Shown here: piece by piece, positions 28,652 to 37,881 of the stretch | Layout of the letters: each line of letters begins with the position of its first letter | Position numbering within the stretch: position 1 is the first letter of the stretch | Assembly (NCBI GenBank): GCA_050299695.1 | Contig: JBNKWI010000001.1 | Span: 31,662 to 95,661, forward strand | DNA length: 64,000 bases | Origin: Paracoccaceae bacterium | GTDB lineage: Bacteria > Pseudomonadota > Alphaproteobacteria > Rhodobacterales > Rhodobacteraceae | Reading direction: 5' to 3' | Program-made: the position numbers and the translations under genes | The notes under the pieces: generated by a model | The model's input: the letters and a program-made list of their open reading frames with translations, nothing else | The model's database searches: none | Told to the model about the DNA's origin: nothing

Positions 28652-29863
28652 TCATTCGTAGCTGCGGCGATCGTCGATCACCTTCCCGTCGTTGGGAAGG
28701 CTTCCCGGCGGCAAGACCGTGACCTTGCCCCGGAGCTTCAAGACCGCCGCCACCGAGGCCTCGTAGGCCCCGGCATCACCCGCGACCTCGGCTTCGACCT
28801 CCACCTCCAACACGTCGCGCTCGTCCTTCCGCGTGACGATCACCCGCGCCTTCGCCACCTCCGGATGCCGCGCCACCAGATCGGCCACCTGCTCGGGCCG
28901 CACGAACATGCCCTTCACCTTCGCGGTCTGGTCGGCCCGTCCCATCCAGCCCTTGATCCGCATGTTGGTCCGCCCGCAGGGGCTCTCGCCCGCCAGCACC
29001 GCCGAAAGATCGCCCGTGGCGAAGCGGATCAGCGGGTAATCCGGGTTCAGCGTGGTCACCACAACCTCGCCCACCTCGCCCTCCGGCACCGGGTCGCCAG
29101 TGCCGGGCCGCACGATCTCGACGATCACGCCCTCGTCCACGATCATCCCCTCCATCGCCGGGCTCTCGTAGGCGATGTTGCCGAGATCCGCCGTGGCGTA
29201 GCATTGCAGGCAGGCGATCCCCCGCTCGGCATAGAACGCGCGGAGCGAGGGGAACAACGCGCCCCCCGACACGGCCGCCTTCGTGAACTTGAGTTCCATG
29301 CCCGCTTCATCCGCCGCCTCGAGGATCGCCTTCAGATAATCCGGCGTCCCCGCATAGACCGTGCAGCCCAGGTCCCGCGCCGCTCGCGCCTGCAATTCGG
29401 TCTGCCCCGTCCCCGCCGGGAACACCGCCGCGCCCACCGCCTCGGCCCCGTTCTCGAAGATCATCCCTGCCGGCGTCATGTGATAGGAAAAACAGTTCTG
29501 CACCACGTCGCCCTTGCCGATCCCCACGGCATGCAGGAACCGCCCCATCCGCCACCAGTCGCCGCCGCGCCGCCCGGGCTCGTAGATCGGCCCCGGCGAC
29601 TGGAAGAGATGCGCGAATTCCGCGGGCTTCAACGGCGCGAACCCACCCAGCGGATCGCCCGGCCCCTGCGCCTCGGTCAGCGCGGATTTCCGCAGCACCG
29701 GCAGGCCCGCCAGATCCTCGGCCGAAGAAAGGTCCACACCGTCGAGCGCCCCGCCATAGCCCGGCAGCCCCGCCGCCCGCGCAAGCTGCGCCCTGAGGAG
29801 CTCCGCCTGCGCCGCCGTGCGCGCGTCGCGGGACCTCGTTTCCAGCGCGTCGAAATAGCTCAT
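28652..29863 (-). CDS. Phenylacetate-CoA ligase family (PaaK-like) protein
   Basis: FQSPGPIYEP, YAGTPDYL, YATADLG, IRFATGD, GRADQTAKVKG. Confidence 0.88.
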   Translation of the reverse strand: MSYFDALETRSRDARTAAQAELLRAQLARAAGLPGYGGALDGVDLSSAEDLAGLPVLRKSALTEAQGPGDPLGGFAPLKPAEFAHLFQSPGPIYEPGRRGGDWWRMGRFLHAVGIGKGDVVQNCFSYHMTPAGMIFENGAEAVGAAVFPAGTGQTELQARAARDLGCTVYAGTPDYLKAILEAADEAGMELKFTKAAVSGGALFPSLRAFYAERGIACLQCYATADLGNIAYESPAMEGMIVDEGVIVEIVRPGTGDPVPEGEVGEVVVTTLNPDYPLIRFATGDLSAVLAGESPCGRTNMRIKGWMGRADQTAKVKGMFVRPEQVADLVARHPEVAKARVIVTRKDERDVLEVEVEAEVAGDAGAYEASVAAVLKLRGKVTVLPPGSLPNDGKVIDDRRSYE

Positions 29864-29894
29864 CCTGCGGCCCTCCTCCGGAGCGTCGTCCCGG

Positions 29895-30875
29895 TCAGAT
29901 CTCGACGACGACAGGTCCCATCTTTCCGCCCGCGGCAACCATGTCATGCGCCGCCGCCAGATCCTCCAATCCGCCCGCCGGGACGACCGCGTGCGAGAGC
30001 TTCCCCTCGGCCAGCCAGCGGGTCAGCTCCGCCTCGGCTCGCGGGCGCAGGCCGCCGGCAAAACGGTAGACGATCAGCATCCGGAGCGTCACGTCCTTGA
30101 ACATGAACGGATAGAACGACAGCGCGGGCGTCATGTCGGCCGCGGAGGCATAGGACGCGATCACCCCGCCCGGCTTGATCACCGCCAGCGCATCGGCCTG
30201 GTTCGCGCCGAAATCCACCTCGACGATCCGGTCCACGCCCGCACCGCCCGTCAGGTCCATCACCGCGTCCGGCACCGAAACCTCGCGATAGTTCACCCGT
30301 TCCGCTGCCGTCGAATGCGCCGCCTTCTCCGCCGAGGAAACCGTGGCGATCACCCGCGCGCCCGCCAGCGCCGCCATCTGGCAGGCATAGCGCCCCACGG
30401 TTCCCGCGCCGCCCGTCACCAGAACCGTCTGCCCGGCAAGATCGGCGCCATCCCCGAAAAGCGCATACCACGCCGTCATCGCCGGGATGCCGAGACACGC
30501 GCCCTCGGCGAAACTGGTCCCCTCCGGCAGCGGCACCGCCTGCCGTGCGGGCAGCGCCACGAGCTCCGCCGCCGTGCCCATCGCGCGCTGCCAGCAGGCA
30601 TTCCACAGCCAGACCCGCTCGCCGATGCGCGCCGGATCGACACCCGCGCCCACCGCCTCGATCACCCCTGCGCCGTCCGAATGCGGCACGATCCGCGGAT
30701 ACTCCATCACCGCCCCCGGCCGCGCCCCGGCCCGGAGCTTCACATCCGACGGATTGACCCCCGACGCCCGGACCCGCACCAGCACCTCCCCCGGCCCCGG
30801 CGCAGGATCGGCCATCTCGCCAAGGGTCAGCACCTCACCCGCAGGCCCGAAGCGCTCGTACCAGACCGCACGCAT
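29895..30875 (-). CDS. NADPH:quinone reductase (zeta-crystallin MDR family)
   Basis: SGVNPSD, PHSDGAG, VTGGAGTVG. Confidence 0.9.
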   Translation of the reverse strand: MRAVWYERFGPAGEVLTLGEMADPAPGPGEVLVRVRASGVNPSDVKLRAGARPGAVMEYPRIVPHSDGAGVIEAVGAGVDPARIGERVWLWNACWQRAMGTAAELVALPARQAVPLPEGTSFAEGACLGIPAMTAWYALFGDGADLAGQTVLVTGGAGTVGRYACQMAALAGARVIATVSSAEKAAHSTAAERVNYREVSVPDAVMDLTGGAGVDRIVEVDFGANQADALAVIKPGGVIASYASAADMTPALSFYPFMFKDVTLRMLIVYRFAGGLRPRAEAELTRWLAEGKLSHAVVPAGGLEDLAAAHDMVAAGGKMGPVVVEI

Positions 30876-30877
30876 CC

Positions 30878-31735
30878 TCAAAGCTCCATACCGACCGGCA
30901 CCGCGAATGGATGTTCCTCCGGACCGGTGACCGGGCGCAACCCCTCGACCGGCTGGTGTTCCGGCACCGCCAGGATGTTCACGCAGGCGCGTGTCCCGAA
31001 CAGGTTCACCGGATTGCCCCGCCAGTTCCCGGGCTCGAAGAGCGGCGCGGCATGCCAATAGGCCCGGTAGCCGCGCCCCGCGAGAAAGTCGAGAAGAGGC
31101 GCCACGGTGTCCGGCGCGTCGCATTCGACGTAGAGCACCGGCGCGAACAGCGCGATGGTCGCGCGCGCACCTTCGAGCGCGGCCAGTTCCATGCCCTGCA
31201 CGTCGAGCTTCAGGAGCCGCAGCGCATCGAGAGCGAACAGGTCGTCGACCGCCCTTACGGGCACCCGCACGGTACCGCGCCCGGCCGCGGCCGCCGCGAA
31301 ATCCGCCGCCCCGAACCCGCCGAAATTCGCTGTGGCATCGTAGCGGATCGGCGGGATGTCGAGCATGCCTTCGTCACCCTTGCCGAGCGCCGCGGCAACC
31401 GGCACGATATTGCCATACCCGTTCATGAGCGCGTTCGCCGACAGCATTGCCAAAAGCCCCGGCTGCGGCTCCACCGCGTAGACCCGACCCGCCGGCCCCA
31501 CGGCCCGCGCGAAGGGCAGCGCATGCGCCCCCAGATTCGCGCCGCCATCCACTACCACGTCGCCCGGTCCCAAGACCTGCGACAGGAGCCGGATCTCGGC
31601 CGGGCACCATTCGCCATAGGCGGCGAGCGACTGCCCGATGAAGACGTCGTTCTCGGGATGTATCATCCTGCCATGGCGCGCGTCGGACAGGCTGAGACGG
31701 TCAGGCAGGGACGGAAACGCCCGCCCGCCCGTCAA
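30878..31735 (-). CDS. FkbM family methyltransferase
   Basis: RHGRM..NDVFIGQSL..YGEW, VDGGANLG, AVEPQ, LKLDVQGME; TTG start overlapping the upstream stop is inferred. Confidence 0.85.
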   Translation of the reverse strand: MTGGRAFPSLPDRLSLSDARHGRMIHPENDVFIGQSLAAYGEWCPAEIRLLSQVLGPGDVVVDGGANLGAHALPFARAVGPAGRVYAVEPQPGLLAMLSANALMNGYGNIVPVAAALGKGDEGMLDIPPIRYDATANFGGFGAADFAAAAAGRGTVRVPVRAVDDLFALDALRLLKLDVQGMELAALEGARATIALFAPVLYVECDAPDTVAPLLDFLAGRGYRAYWHAAPLFEPGNWRGNPVNLFGTRACVNILAVPEHQPVEGLRPVTGPEEHPFAVPVGMEL

Positions 31736-32556
31736 CTCAACCACCGCTTCCGGCGGCGGTAGCTCCGCACGTCGCGGAACGACTTCCGGCCCTGGTCCGA
31801 CATGCCGAGATAGAACTCCTTCACGTCGTCGTTCTCGCGCAGCTTCGCCGCCTCGCCGTCCATCACGATCCGGCCCGACTCGAGAATGTAGCCGTAATGC
31901 GCGAAGCGCAGTGCGACGTTGGTGTTCTGCTCCGCCAGCAGGAAGCTCACCCCCTCGTTCTCGTTCAGGGACTTCACGATCCCGAAGATCTCCTCGACAA
32001 GCTGCGGCGCGAGTCCCATCGACGGCTCGTCCAGGAGGATCGTCTCCGGCCGCGACATCAGCGCCCGGCCGATTGCGCACATCTGCTGCTCGCCGCCCGA
32101 GGTATAGCCCGCCTGGCTCCGCCGCCGCTCCCTGAGCCGCGGGAAATAGGTGTAGACCATCTCCAGATCCGCCGCGACCGCGCCCTTGCCGTCCTTCCTC
32201 GTGTAGGCGCCGGTCAGCAGGTTCTCCTCGACCGTCAGGTGCTCGAAGCAGTGCCGCCCCTCCATCACCTGGATCACGCCACGGCGGACCAGCGCGGAAG
32301 GATCCAGCGCCTGGATCCGCTCGCCGCGATAGGTGATCGTCCCCTTCGTCACCTGGCCCCGCTCGGCCCCGAGCAGGTTCGAAATCGCCTTCAGCGTCGT
32401 CGTCTTCCCCGCCCCGTTGCCGCCCAGAAGCGCCGTGATCCCGCCCTTCGGCACGGCAAGCGACACGCCCTTCAACACGAGGATCACGTGATCGTAGATC
32501 ACCTCGATATTGTTGACCTCCAACAGGGTCTCGCGCTCTTCGCCCGTGTCCAGCAT
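31732..32556 (-). CDS. Liv-type ABC transporter ATPase (LivF-like; start may be 32580)
   Basis: GGNGAGKT, SGGEQQM, LLDEPSMGLAP. Confidence 0.93.
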   Translation of the reverse strand: MLDTGEERETLLEVNNIEVIYDHVILVLKGVSLAVPKGGITALLGGNGAGKTTTLKAISNLLGAERGQVTKGTITYRGERIQALDPSALVRRGVIQVMEGRHCFEHLTVEENLLTGAYTRKDGKGAVAADLEMVYTYFPRLRERRRSQAGYTSGGEQQMCAIGRALMSRPETILLDEPSMGLAPQLVEEIFGIVKSLNENEGVSFLLAEQNTNVALRFAHYGYILESGRIVMDGEAAKLRENDDVKEFYLGMSDQGRKSFRDVRSYRRRKRWLS

Positions 32557-32620
32557 CGTCTTCCCGGCCAATATTCCCATGGCCCGGCGGCGGCCACGAA
32601 AGCCGCCGCCGGAAATCGGC

Positions 32621-33916
32621 TCACCCGCCGCAGGCCTCGTTCACCGGCCAGGGCGCGTTCGCTTCGGCGTATTCCTTGGCCTTCTCCGCGACCAGCGGCT
32701 CGATCGCCGTCTGGTCGGCCTGCAACAGGTCCGACGCCTGCACGAACTTCGCGCCGTCCCATTGCAGCATCCAGGCGCCGGAATGCCCGGCATGGTTCGA
32801 ACACGAGGTCGAGAACGGCGCCATCAGCCCGGTCAGCCCCAGCTCGTCGATCCGCGCTTGCGTGAAGTTCAGGTTCTCGAGCCCCTCGCGCAGATCCGCC
32901 GGCGTGATCTCGGCCTTGCCGGCCTTCGCCTGCGCCACCCGGATCCCCTCGGCGAGGATCGCCGAGATCACCACGCCGCGCTGGTAGAACACTTCGCCGA
33001 TCTCCTCCTCGGTGGCGAGCGAATTGCCGGCCTCGACCACGTATTTCCGGATATCCGCCATCACCGGCGCATCATCGTTCGGCAGCGACCAGGAGATCGA
33101 CCGGTATCCCTTCCCGTCCTCGCCGACGAGCTGCAGGTCGTCGGAATGCCCCGACCACCAGACGCCGACGAACTGGTCCATCGGATAGCGCGTCTTCACC
33201 GCCTCGGTGATCGCCCCCGCGTTCATCGCGCCCCAGCCCCACATGATCACGTAGTCCGGCCGCTCGCGGCGGATCTGCAGCCACTGCGCCGACTGGTTCT
33301 GCATCTCCGAGATCCCCACCGGGATCGGCAGCACCTCGAAACCGTACTCGGCGCCCAGGGCCTCCAGAAGCGGCAGCGGCTCCTTTCCATAGGGGTGATC
33401 GAGATGCAGATGCGCGATCTTCTTGCCCTTGAGGTTCGCCAGATCGCCGCCGGAAATCTCCTGCAGGATCATCTGCATCGCGTCCCAATAGGTCGCCGGC
33501 GTGTTGAACGCCCACTGGAAGACCTTGCCGTCGGTCATCGGCGAAAAGCCGTAGCCCGGCGCCAGGATCGGGATGTGGTCCACGTTCGACTTCGGCAGCA
33601 CCTGCAGCGTGATCCCCGTCGACCAGGGCTGCGTCACCAGCGCCTTGTCCTTGGTCCGCTCGTAGCACTCGACGCCCTTCTCGGTGGAATAGCCGGTCTC
33701 GCATTCCTCGAAATCCACCGGCACGCCGCCGATCCCGCCGTCGCGGGCGTTGAGCATCAGCATGTAGTCGCGCTGCCCGTCCATCAGCGGAATGCCGGTC
33801 GCCGCGAACGGCCCGGTCCGGTAGCTCAGGTTCGGCGTGTAGAGCTCCTGGGCCGCCACCGCGCTGCCCATCGCCGCCGCCGCGCCAATCAGCGCGAGCC
33901 TCTTCAATGTCTTCAT
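32621..33916 (-). CDS. Liv-type ABC transporter substrate-binding protein
   Basis: Signal peptide, YRTGPFA, ECETGY, VECYER, WLQIRRERPD; SD GGAGG. Confidence 0.92.
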   Translation of the reverse strand: MKTLKRLALIGAAAAMGSAVAAQELYTPNLSYRTGPFAATGIPLMDGQRDYMLMLNARDGGIGGVPVDFEECETGYSTEKGVECYERTKDKALVTQPWSTGITLQVLPKSNVDHIPILAPGYGFSPMTDGKVFQWAFNTPATYWDAMQMILQEISGGDLANLKGKKIAHLHLDHPYGKEPLPLLEALGAEYGFEVLPIPVGISEMQNQSAQWLQIRRERPDYVIMWGWGAMNAGAITEAVKTRYPMDQFVGVWWSGHSDDLQLVGEDGKGYRSISWSLPNDDAPVMADIRKYVVEAGNSLATEEEIGEVFYQRGVVISAILAEGIRVAQAKAGKAEITPADLREGLENLNFTQARIDELGLTGLMAPFSTSCSNHAGHSGAWMLQWDGAKFVQASDLLQADQTAIEPLVAEKAKEYAEANAPWPVNEACGG

Positions 33917-33951
33917 GCTTCCTTCCTCCCTTGGTTCTCCTCGTGCCGCTC

Positions 33952-35028
33952 CTAGTAGGGGAACGGCCAGTGAATGAGCTTTTCGCGGATCAGCGCCCAG
34001 AGCCGCGCCAGACCGTGCGGCTCGACGATCAGGAAGAACACGATCAGCGCGCCGACAATCATCACGTTGACATGCTCGACCGTGGCCGAGGGGATGTCGA
34101 GCCCGACCCAGTGCGGCACCGTGTTCAGGACCACCGGCAGCGCGACGATAAGGATCGCGCCCAGCCAGTTTCCGAGCACCGAGCCCAGCCCGCCGATGAT
34201 CGCGATGAAGAGCACGCGGAAACTGAGGTCGATGTTGAAGAGATTCGGCTCGGCCGCACCGCGCCAGAAAAACACGAACAGCGCGCCCGCCACGCCGACC
34301 ATGTAGGACGAAACCGCGAAGGCCAGGAGCTTGGCTTTCAGGAGGTTGATCCCGATCAGCTCGGCCGCGATGTCCATGTCCCTGACCGCCTTCCACGACC
34401 GGCCGAGATTGCCGCGGGTCAGGTTGATCGTCACCACCGTCAGGATCGTCACCACCGCCAGCACGAAGAAATACTGCGCCCGATCCGTCGCCTGCGGTCC
34501 GGCCACCCAGATCCCGAACAGGCTCACGTTCGGCACCTGGATCGCGCCCGAGGCGTTGTAATTGTAGAGCCAGCCCCATTTCTCGAAGAGCCAGACCAGA
34601 AAGAACTGCGCCGCCAGCGTGGCGATGGCGAGGTAGAACCCCTTGATCCGCAGGGACGGCAGCCCGAACAGCACTCCCACCCCGGCCGCGAAGAACCCAG
34701 AGAGCAGCACGGCCACCATCAGGTTCAGCTCGGGAAAGAGCGAAATCAGCTTGTAGCAGGCATAGGCACCCACCCCCATGAAGGCGCCGGTGCCGAGCGA
34801 GAGTTGTCCCGCATAGCCGGTCAGCACGTTCAGCCCTGTCGCGGCCAGCGCGTAGATCAGCACCGGGATCAGCAAGGTCTGAAAGGCAAAGCTCGACGCC
34901 GTCGCGGGCAGGATCACCCAGGCGAACAGGAGAATGACTCCCAGAAGAAACGCGTCCTGCCGGATCGGGAACAGCGCCTGGTCCGAGCGGTAGGTGGTCT
35001 TGAACTGGCCCGAGGTGCGGTAGAGCAT
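33952..35028 (-). CDS. Liv-type ABC permease (LivM-like)
   Basis: GLNVLTGYAGQLSLG, LRIKGFYLAIATL, IIGGLGS. Confidence 0.93.
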   Translation of the reverse strand: MLYRTSGQFKTTYRSDQALFPIRQDAFLLGVILLFAWVILPATASSFAFQTLLIPVLIYALAATGLNVLTGYAGQLSLGTGAFMGVGAYACYKLISLFPELNLMVAVLLSGFFAAGVGVLFGLPSLRIKGFYLAIATLAAQFFLVWLFEKWGWLYNYNASGAIQVPNVSLFGIWVAGPQATDRAQYFFVLAVVTILTVVTINLTRGNLGRSWKAVRDMDIAAELIGINLLKAKLLAFAVSSYMVGVAGALFVFFWRGAAEPNLFNIDLSFRVLFIAIIGGLGSVLGNWLGAILIVALPVVLNTVPHWVGLDIPSATVEHVNVMIVGALIVFFLIVEPHGLARLWALIREKLIHWPFPY

Positions 35029-35268
35029 CTATCGCGGCTCCATCGCTTGCTTGCGAATGATCCTGGGGATGAAATAGAGCGCCCCCGCCGCTAGCAGGAA
35101 CCGCGACACGGCACCGATCGTGTCCCTGAGAAGGTCCGGAATCGCAGAGGCACCCTCGCCCTCCAGGACATAGCTCCACAGAAGGAGCGACGCGGCAGCC
35201 CCGGTGAACGCAAGCAGGGTGATACCCGCAAGCCCCAGGAGGACGGACCAGTACATCAATCGCGCCAT
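35029..35268 (-). CDS. Small hypothetical membrane protein (79 aa, 2 TM)
   Basis: ORF exactly fills the gap; SD GGGAG; TGATG overlap with the VOC gene; atypical codons. Confidence 0.6.
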   Translation of the reverse strand: MARLMYWSVLLGLAGITLLAFTGAAASLLLWSYVLEGEGASAIPDLLRDTIGAVSRFLLAAGALYFIPRIIRKQAMEPR

Positions 35269-35657
35269 CACGCTCCCTCTTTCCCGTCCTGGCTCCAAGT
35301 CTTGGCCTCCCTCTCGAACGCCTCGGTCTGCGCCCGGACCACGCAGAACCGGTGCCCGGTCGGCGCCTCCATCACCACCCAGGTCTTGATCGCCGACACC
35401 CGCTTCGCCCCGAGCCCTTCGAGCCGCGCCACCTCGGCGGCGATGTCGTCGGTCTCGATGTCGAGATGCACGCGCGAAGGATGGTCGACCTTCTGCACCT
35501 CGACATGCAGCCCGCCCTGCGGATCGAGCCGCGTGTAGAGGTCGCTCTCGGGCTCGGTCCCGCTGCCCAGCGCTTTCGACCAGAACTCGGCCGCCGCCCC
35601 CAGGTCGTCGGTCTCGCAGTCGATGATGAACCCCGCCAGTCGGGAACGATGTGTCAT
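35268..35657 (-). CDS. VOC/glyoxalase family protein
   Basis: AAEFWSKALG, RVHLDIETDD, WVVMEAPTGHRFCVV. Confidence 0.9.
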   Translation of the reverse strand: MTHRSRLAGFIIDCETDDLGAAAEFWSKALGSGTEPESDLYTRLDPQGGLHVEVQKVDHPSRVHLDIETDDIAAEVARLEGLGAKRVSAIKTWVVMEAPTGHRFCVVRAQTEAFEREAKTWSQDGKEGA

Positions 35658-35747
35658 TGGAGCTCCTCCACCCGCGTCTTCTTCCTGTCGAAAATACTCC
35701 CGCCGGGGGCGTCCCGACCCATCGGCCGGCGCGACGGCCGGAGGCTT

Positions 35748-36707
35748 CTAGACCCGCTCAATGATCTTCTCCCCGAACAGCCCCTGCGGCCGGAACAGCA
35801 GCACCACCAGCGCCAGCACATAGGCGAACCAGGCCTCGGTCGAGCCGCCCATGAGCGGTTGCCCCCAGTATATCTCGAACACCTTCTCCAGGACCCCGAT
35901 CATCAGCCCGCCGACGATGGCACCGGTGATCGACTCGAGCCCGCCCAGCATCAGGACCGGCAGCGCCTTCAGCGCGATGACCTGGAGCGCGAAGGAAACA
36001 CCCGCCCGCGCCCCCCAGGCGATCCCGGTCATCAGCGCGATGATCCCGGCGAGGAACCAGACCAGCACCCAGATCGTCGAGAGCGAGATCCCCACCGACA
36101 GGGCGGCGGTGTGATCGTCCCCGAGCGCCCGGATCGCCCGGCCCATCTTGGAGAACCCGAGAAAAGCCAGGAGCGCCACGACCATCGCCACGGCGCCCAC
36201 GACCACGGTCACGTCACGCGCCTCGAGCAGCAGGAACCCGCCCCAGGGTGCGAACTCGAACGCGCCCGACGGCATGCCGAGCGCGTCCGAGATCATCACC
36301 TTGTTCTCGCCGCCGAAGATCAGCTCGCCGCCGCCCACCAGGAACAGAGTGACCCCGATCGTCGCCATGAAGAGGATGATGTCGGGCTGCCCGACAAGCG
36401 GCCGCAGCACCACCCGCTCGACCACCACCGCAAGCCCCAGCATCACGCCGAGCGTTCCCGCGAAGGCGATCCAGGCTGGCAGCCCCAGCGCGTGAAGGCC
36501 GACCAGGGTGAGCGCCGCGAAGACCACCATGATCCCCTGCGCGAAGTTGAAGATCCGGCTCGACCGGAAGATCAGCACGAAGCCCAGCGCGATCAGCGCG
36601 TAGAGCACACCCGAGACCAGCCCCTCCCAGAGCACCTGCAAGAGGAAGTCCGGCGCCGCCGCCATATCGGCGAAGGGATCGACGAGAATGGCCTTCAGGC
36701 GCTCCAT
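35748..36707 (-). CDS. Liv-type ABC permease (LivH-like)
   Basis: YALIALGFVLIF, FNFAQG, LFRPQGLFG. Confidence 0.93.
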   Translation of the reverse strand: MERLKAILVDPFADMAAAPDFLLQVLWEGLVSGVLYALIALGFVLIFRSSRIFNFAQGIMVVFAALTLVGLHALGLPAWIAFAGTLGVMLGLAVVVERVVLRPLVGQPDIILFMATIGVTLFLVGGGELIFGGENKVMISDALGMPSGAFEFAPWGGFLLLEARDVTVVVGAVAMVVALLAFLGFSKMGRAIRALGDDHTAALSVGISLSTIWVLVWFLAGIIALMTGIAWGARAGVSFALQVIALKALPVLMLGGLESITGAIVGGLMIGVLEKVFEIYWGQPLMGGSTEAWFAYVLALVVLLFRPQGLFGEKIIERV

Positions 36708-36716
36708 GGCGCACCT

Positions 36717-36755
36717 CCGGTGTACGGGTTGTGTACAGGCTGTGTACAGGTTGTG
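36717..36755 (+). repeat. 39-bp element: CCG + 3 x 11-bp GTGTACRGGYT + GTG (copy 2)
   Basis: CCGGTGTACGGGTTGTGTACAGGCTGTGTACAGGTTGTG. Confidence 0.9.
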
Positions 36756-36764
36756 CGTGGCGTT

Positions 36765-37583
36765 TCAGTCATGCGCCACCCCCAGATAGGCGTCGATCAC
36801 CTCGGGCGCGTTCCGCACCTCGTCGGGCGTCCCGTCGCCGATCTTCTTGCCGTAATCCATCACGACCACCCGGTCCGAGATGTCCATCACGACGCCCATG
36901 TCGTGCTCGATCAGCGCGATCGTCGTCCCGAATTCGTCATTCACATCAAGGACAAAGCGCGACATGTCCTCCTTCTCCTCGACATTCATCCCGGCCATCG
37001 GCTCGTCGAGCAGCAGAAGCGACGGTTCCGCCGCCAGCGCGCGCCCAAGTTCCACCCGCTTCTGAAGCCCGTATGGCAACTTTCCCACCGGCGTCTTGCG
37101 AATGTGCTGGATTTCGAGAAAGTCGATGATCTTCTCCACCTGCTCCCGATGTGCGATTTCCTCGGCCTCCGCTCGGCCCCACCACAGAGCCTGCGCGAAG
37201 AGGCTCGAGCGCATCATCGTGTTCCGTCCGGCCATGATGTTGTCGAGTGTCGACATGCCCTTGAAAAGCGCGATGTTCTGGAAGGTCCGCGCCACGCCTT
37301 GGCGGGCCACCTCGTAGGGTTTCATAGCCGGACGGCGGGCACCCTTGTACCAGATTTCGCCGGCAGAGGGCGCGTATAACCCGTTGATGACATTGAGCAT
37401 CGACGACTTTCCCGCGCCGTTCGGGCCGATGATCGCGCGGATCTCGCCCTCGCGGATATCGAAGGAGATATCCTGGATCGCGGTGACGCCTCCAAAGCGC
37501 AGCGTGATGTGCTTCATCTCCATCAGGACGCCGCCGACCCGGCGAGTATCCTCTGCCACAATTGCCCCGTTGCCTCCGGTCAC
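36765..37583 (-). CDS. Liv-type ABC transporter ATPase (LivG-like)
   Basis: GPNGAGKS, RTFQNIALF, LLDEPMAG, IEHDM; GTG start after GGAGGGG. Confidence 0.93.
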   Translation of the reverse strand: MTGGNGAIVAEDTRRVGGVLMEMKHITLRFGGVTAIQDISFDIREGEIRAIIGPNGAGKSSMLNVINGLYAPSAGEIWYKGARRPAMKPYEVARQGVARTFQNIALFKGMSTLDNIMAGRNTMMRSSLFAQALWWGRAEAEEIAHREQVEKIIDFLEIQHIRKTPVGKLPYGLQKRVELGRALAAEPSLLLLDEPMAGMNVEEKEDMSRFVLDVNDEFGTTIALIEHDMGVVMDISDRVVVMDYGKKIGDGTPDEVRNAPEVIDAYLGVAHD

Positions 37584-37723
37584 TTGCCCCTCCGGGACAC
37601 GACAAATGTCCATCTTGTTACGCAAAGTGATCCAAAATTAATCTTTAAGGCGTAGCAAAGTTGCAGGACCGGGTTTACGATTCTCGCAGTTGAGGTCCGT
37701 GTGTACCCGGGGGAGCGTATGAT

Positions 37724-37879
37724 ATGGGCAAGACTCTGGAATACGACATCTTCGATGCGATGGTAGAGCGTCTGCTCTGCCCGCTGACGCCGCTCGGCAA
37801 ACCGCGGCACGCCGCGACGAAACCCGAGGTCGCCAAGATCCGGCTCGGAAAGCCCGTCAAGACACGGCGTCCGCGCTAG
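37724..37879 (+). CDS. Small basic hypothetical protein (51 aa; absent from the ORF track)
   Basis: MGKTLEYDIFDAMVERLLCPLTPLGKPRHAATKPEVAKIRLGKPVKTRRPR; SD GGGGGAG 8 nt upstream; stop 2 nt from the ligase stop. Confidence 0.6.
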   Translation: MGKTLEYDIFDAMVERLLCPLTPLGKPRHAATKPEVAKIRLGKPVKTRRPR

Positions 37880-37881
37880 GC

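Noticed and set aside
32621-35179. 852-aa fusion ORF including the substrate-binding protein
   Set aside because: The extension is an off-frame read through livM; the real protein starts at 33916 with an SD and signal peptide
37699-37710. Third copy of the GTGTAC element
   Set aside because: A single partial unit (GTGTGTACCCGG) with no tandem array; could be chance
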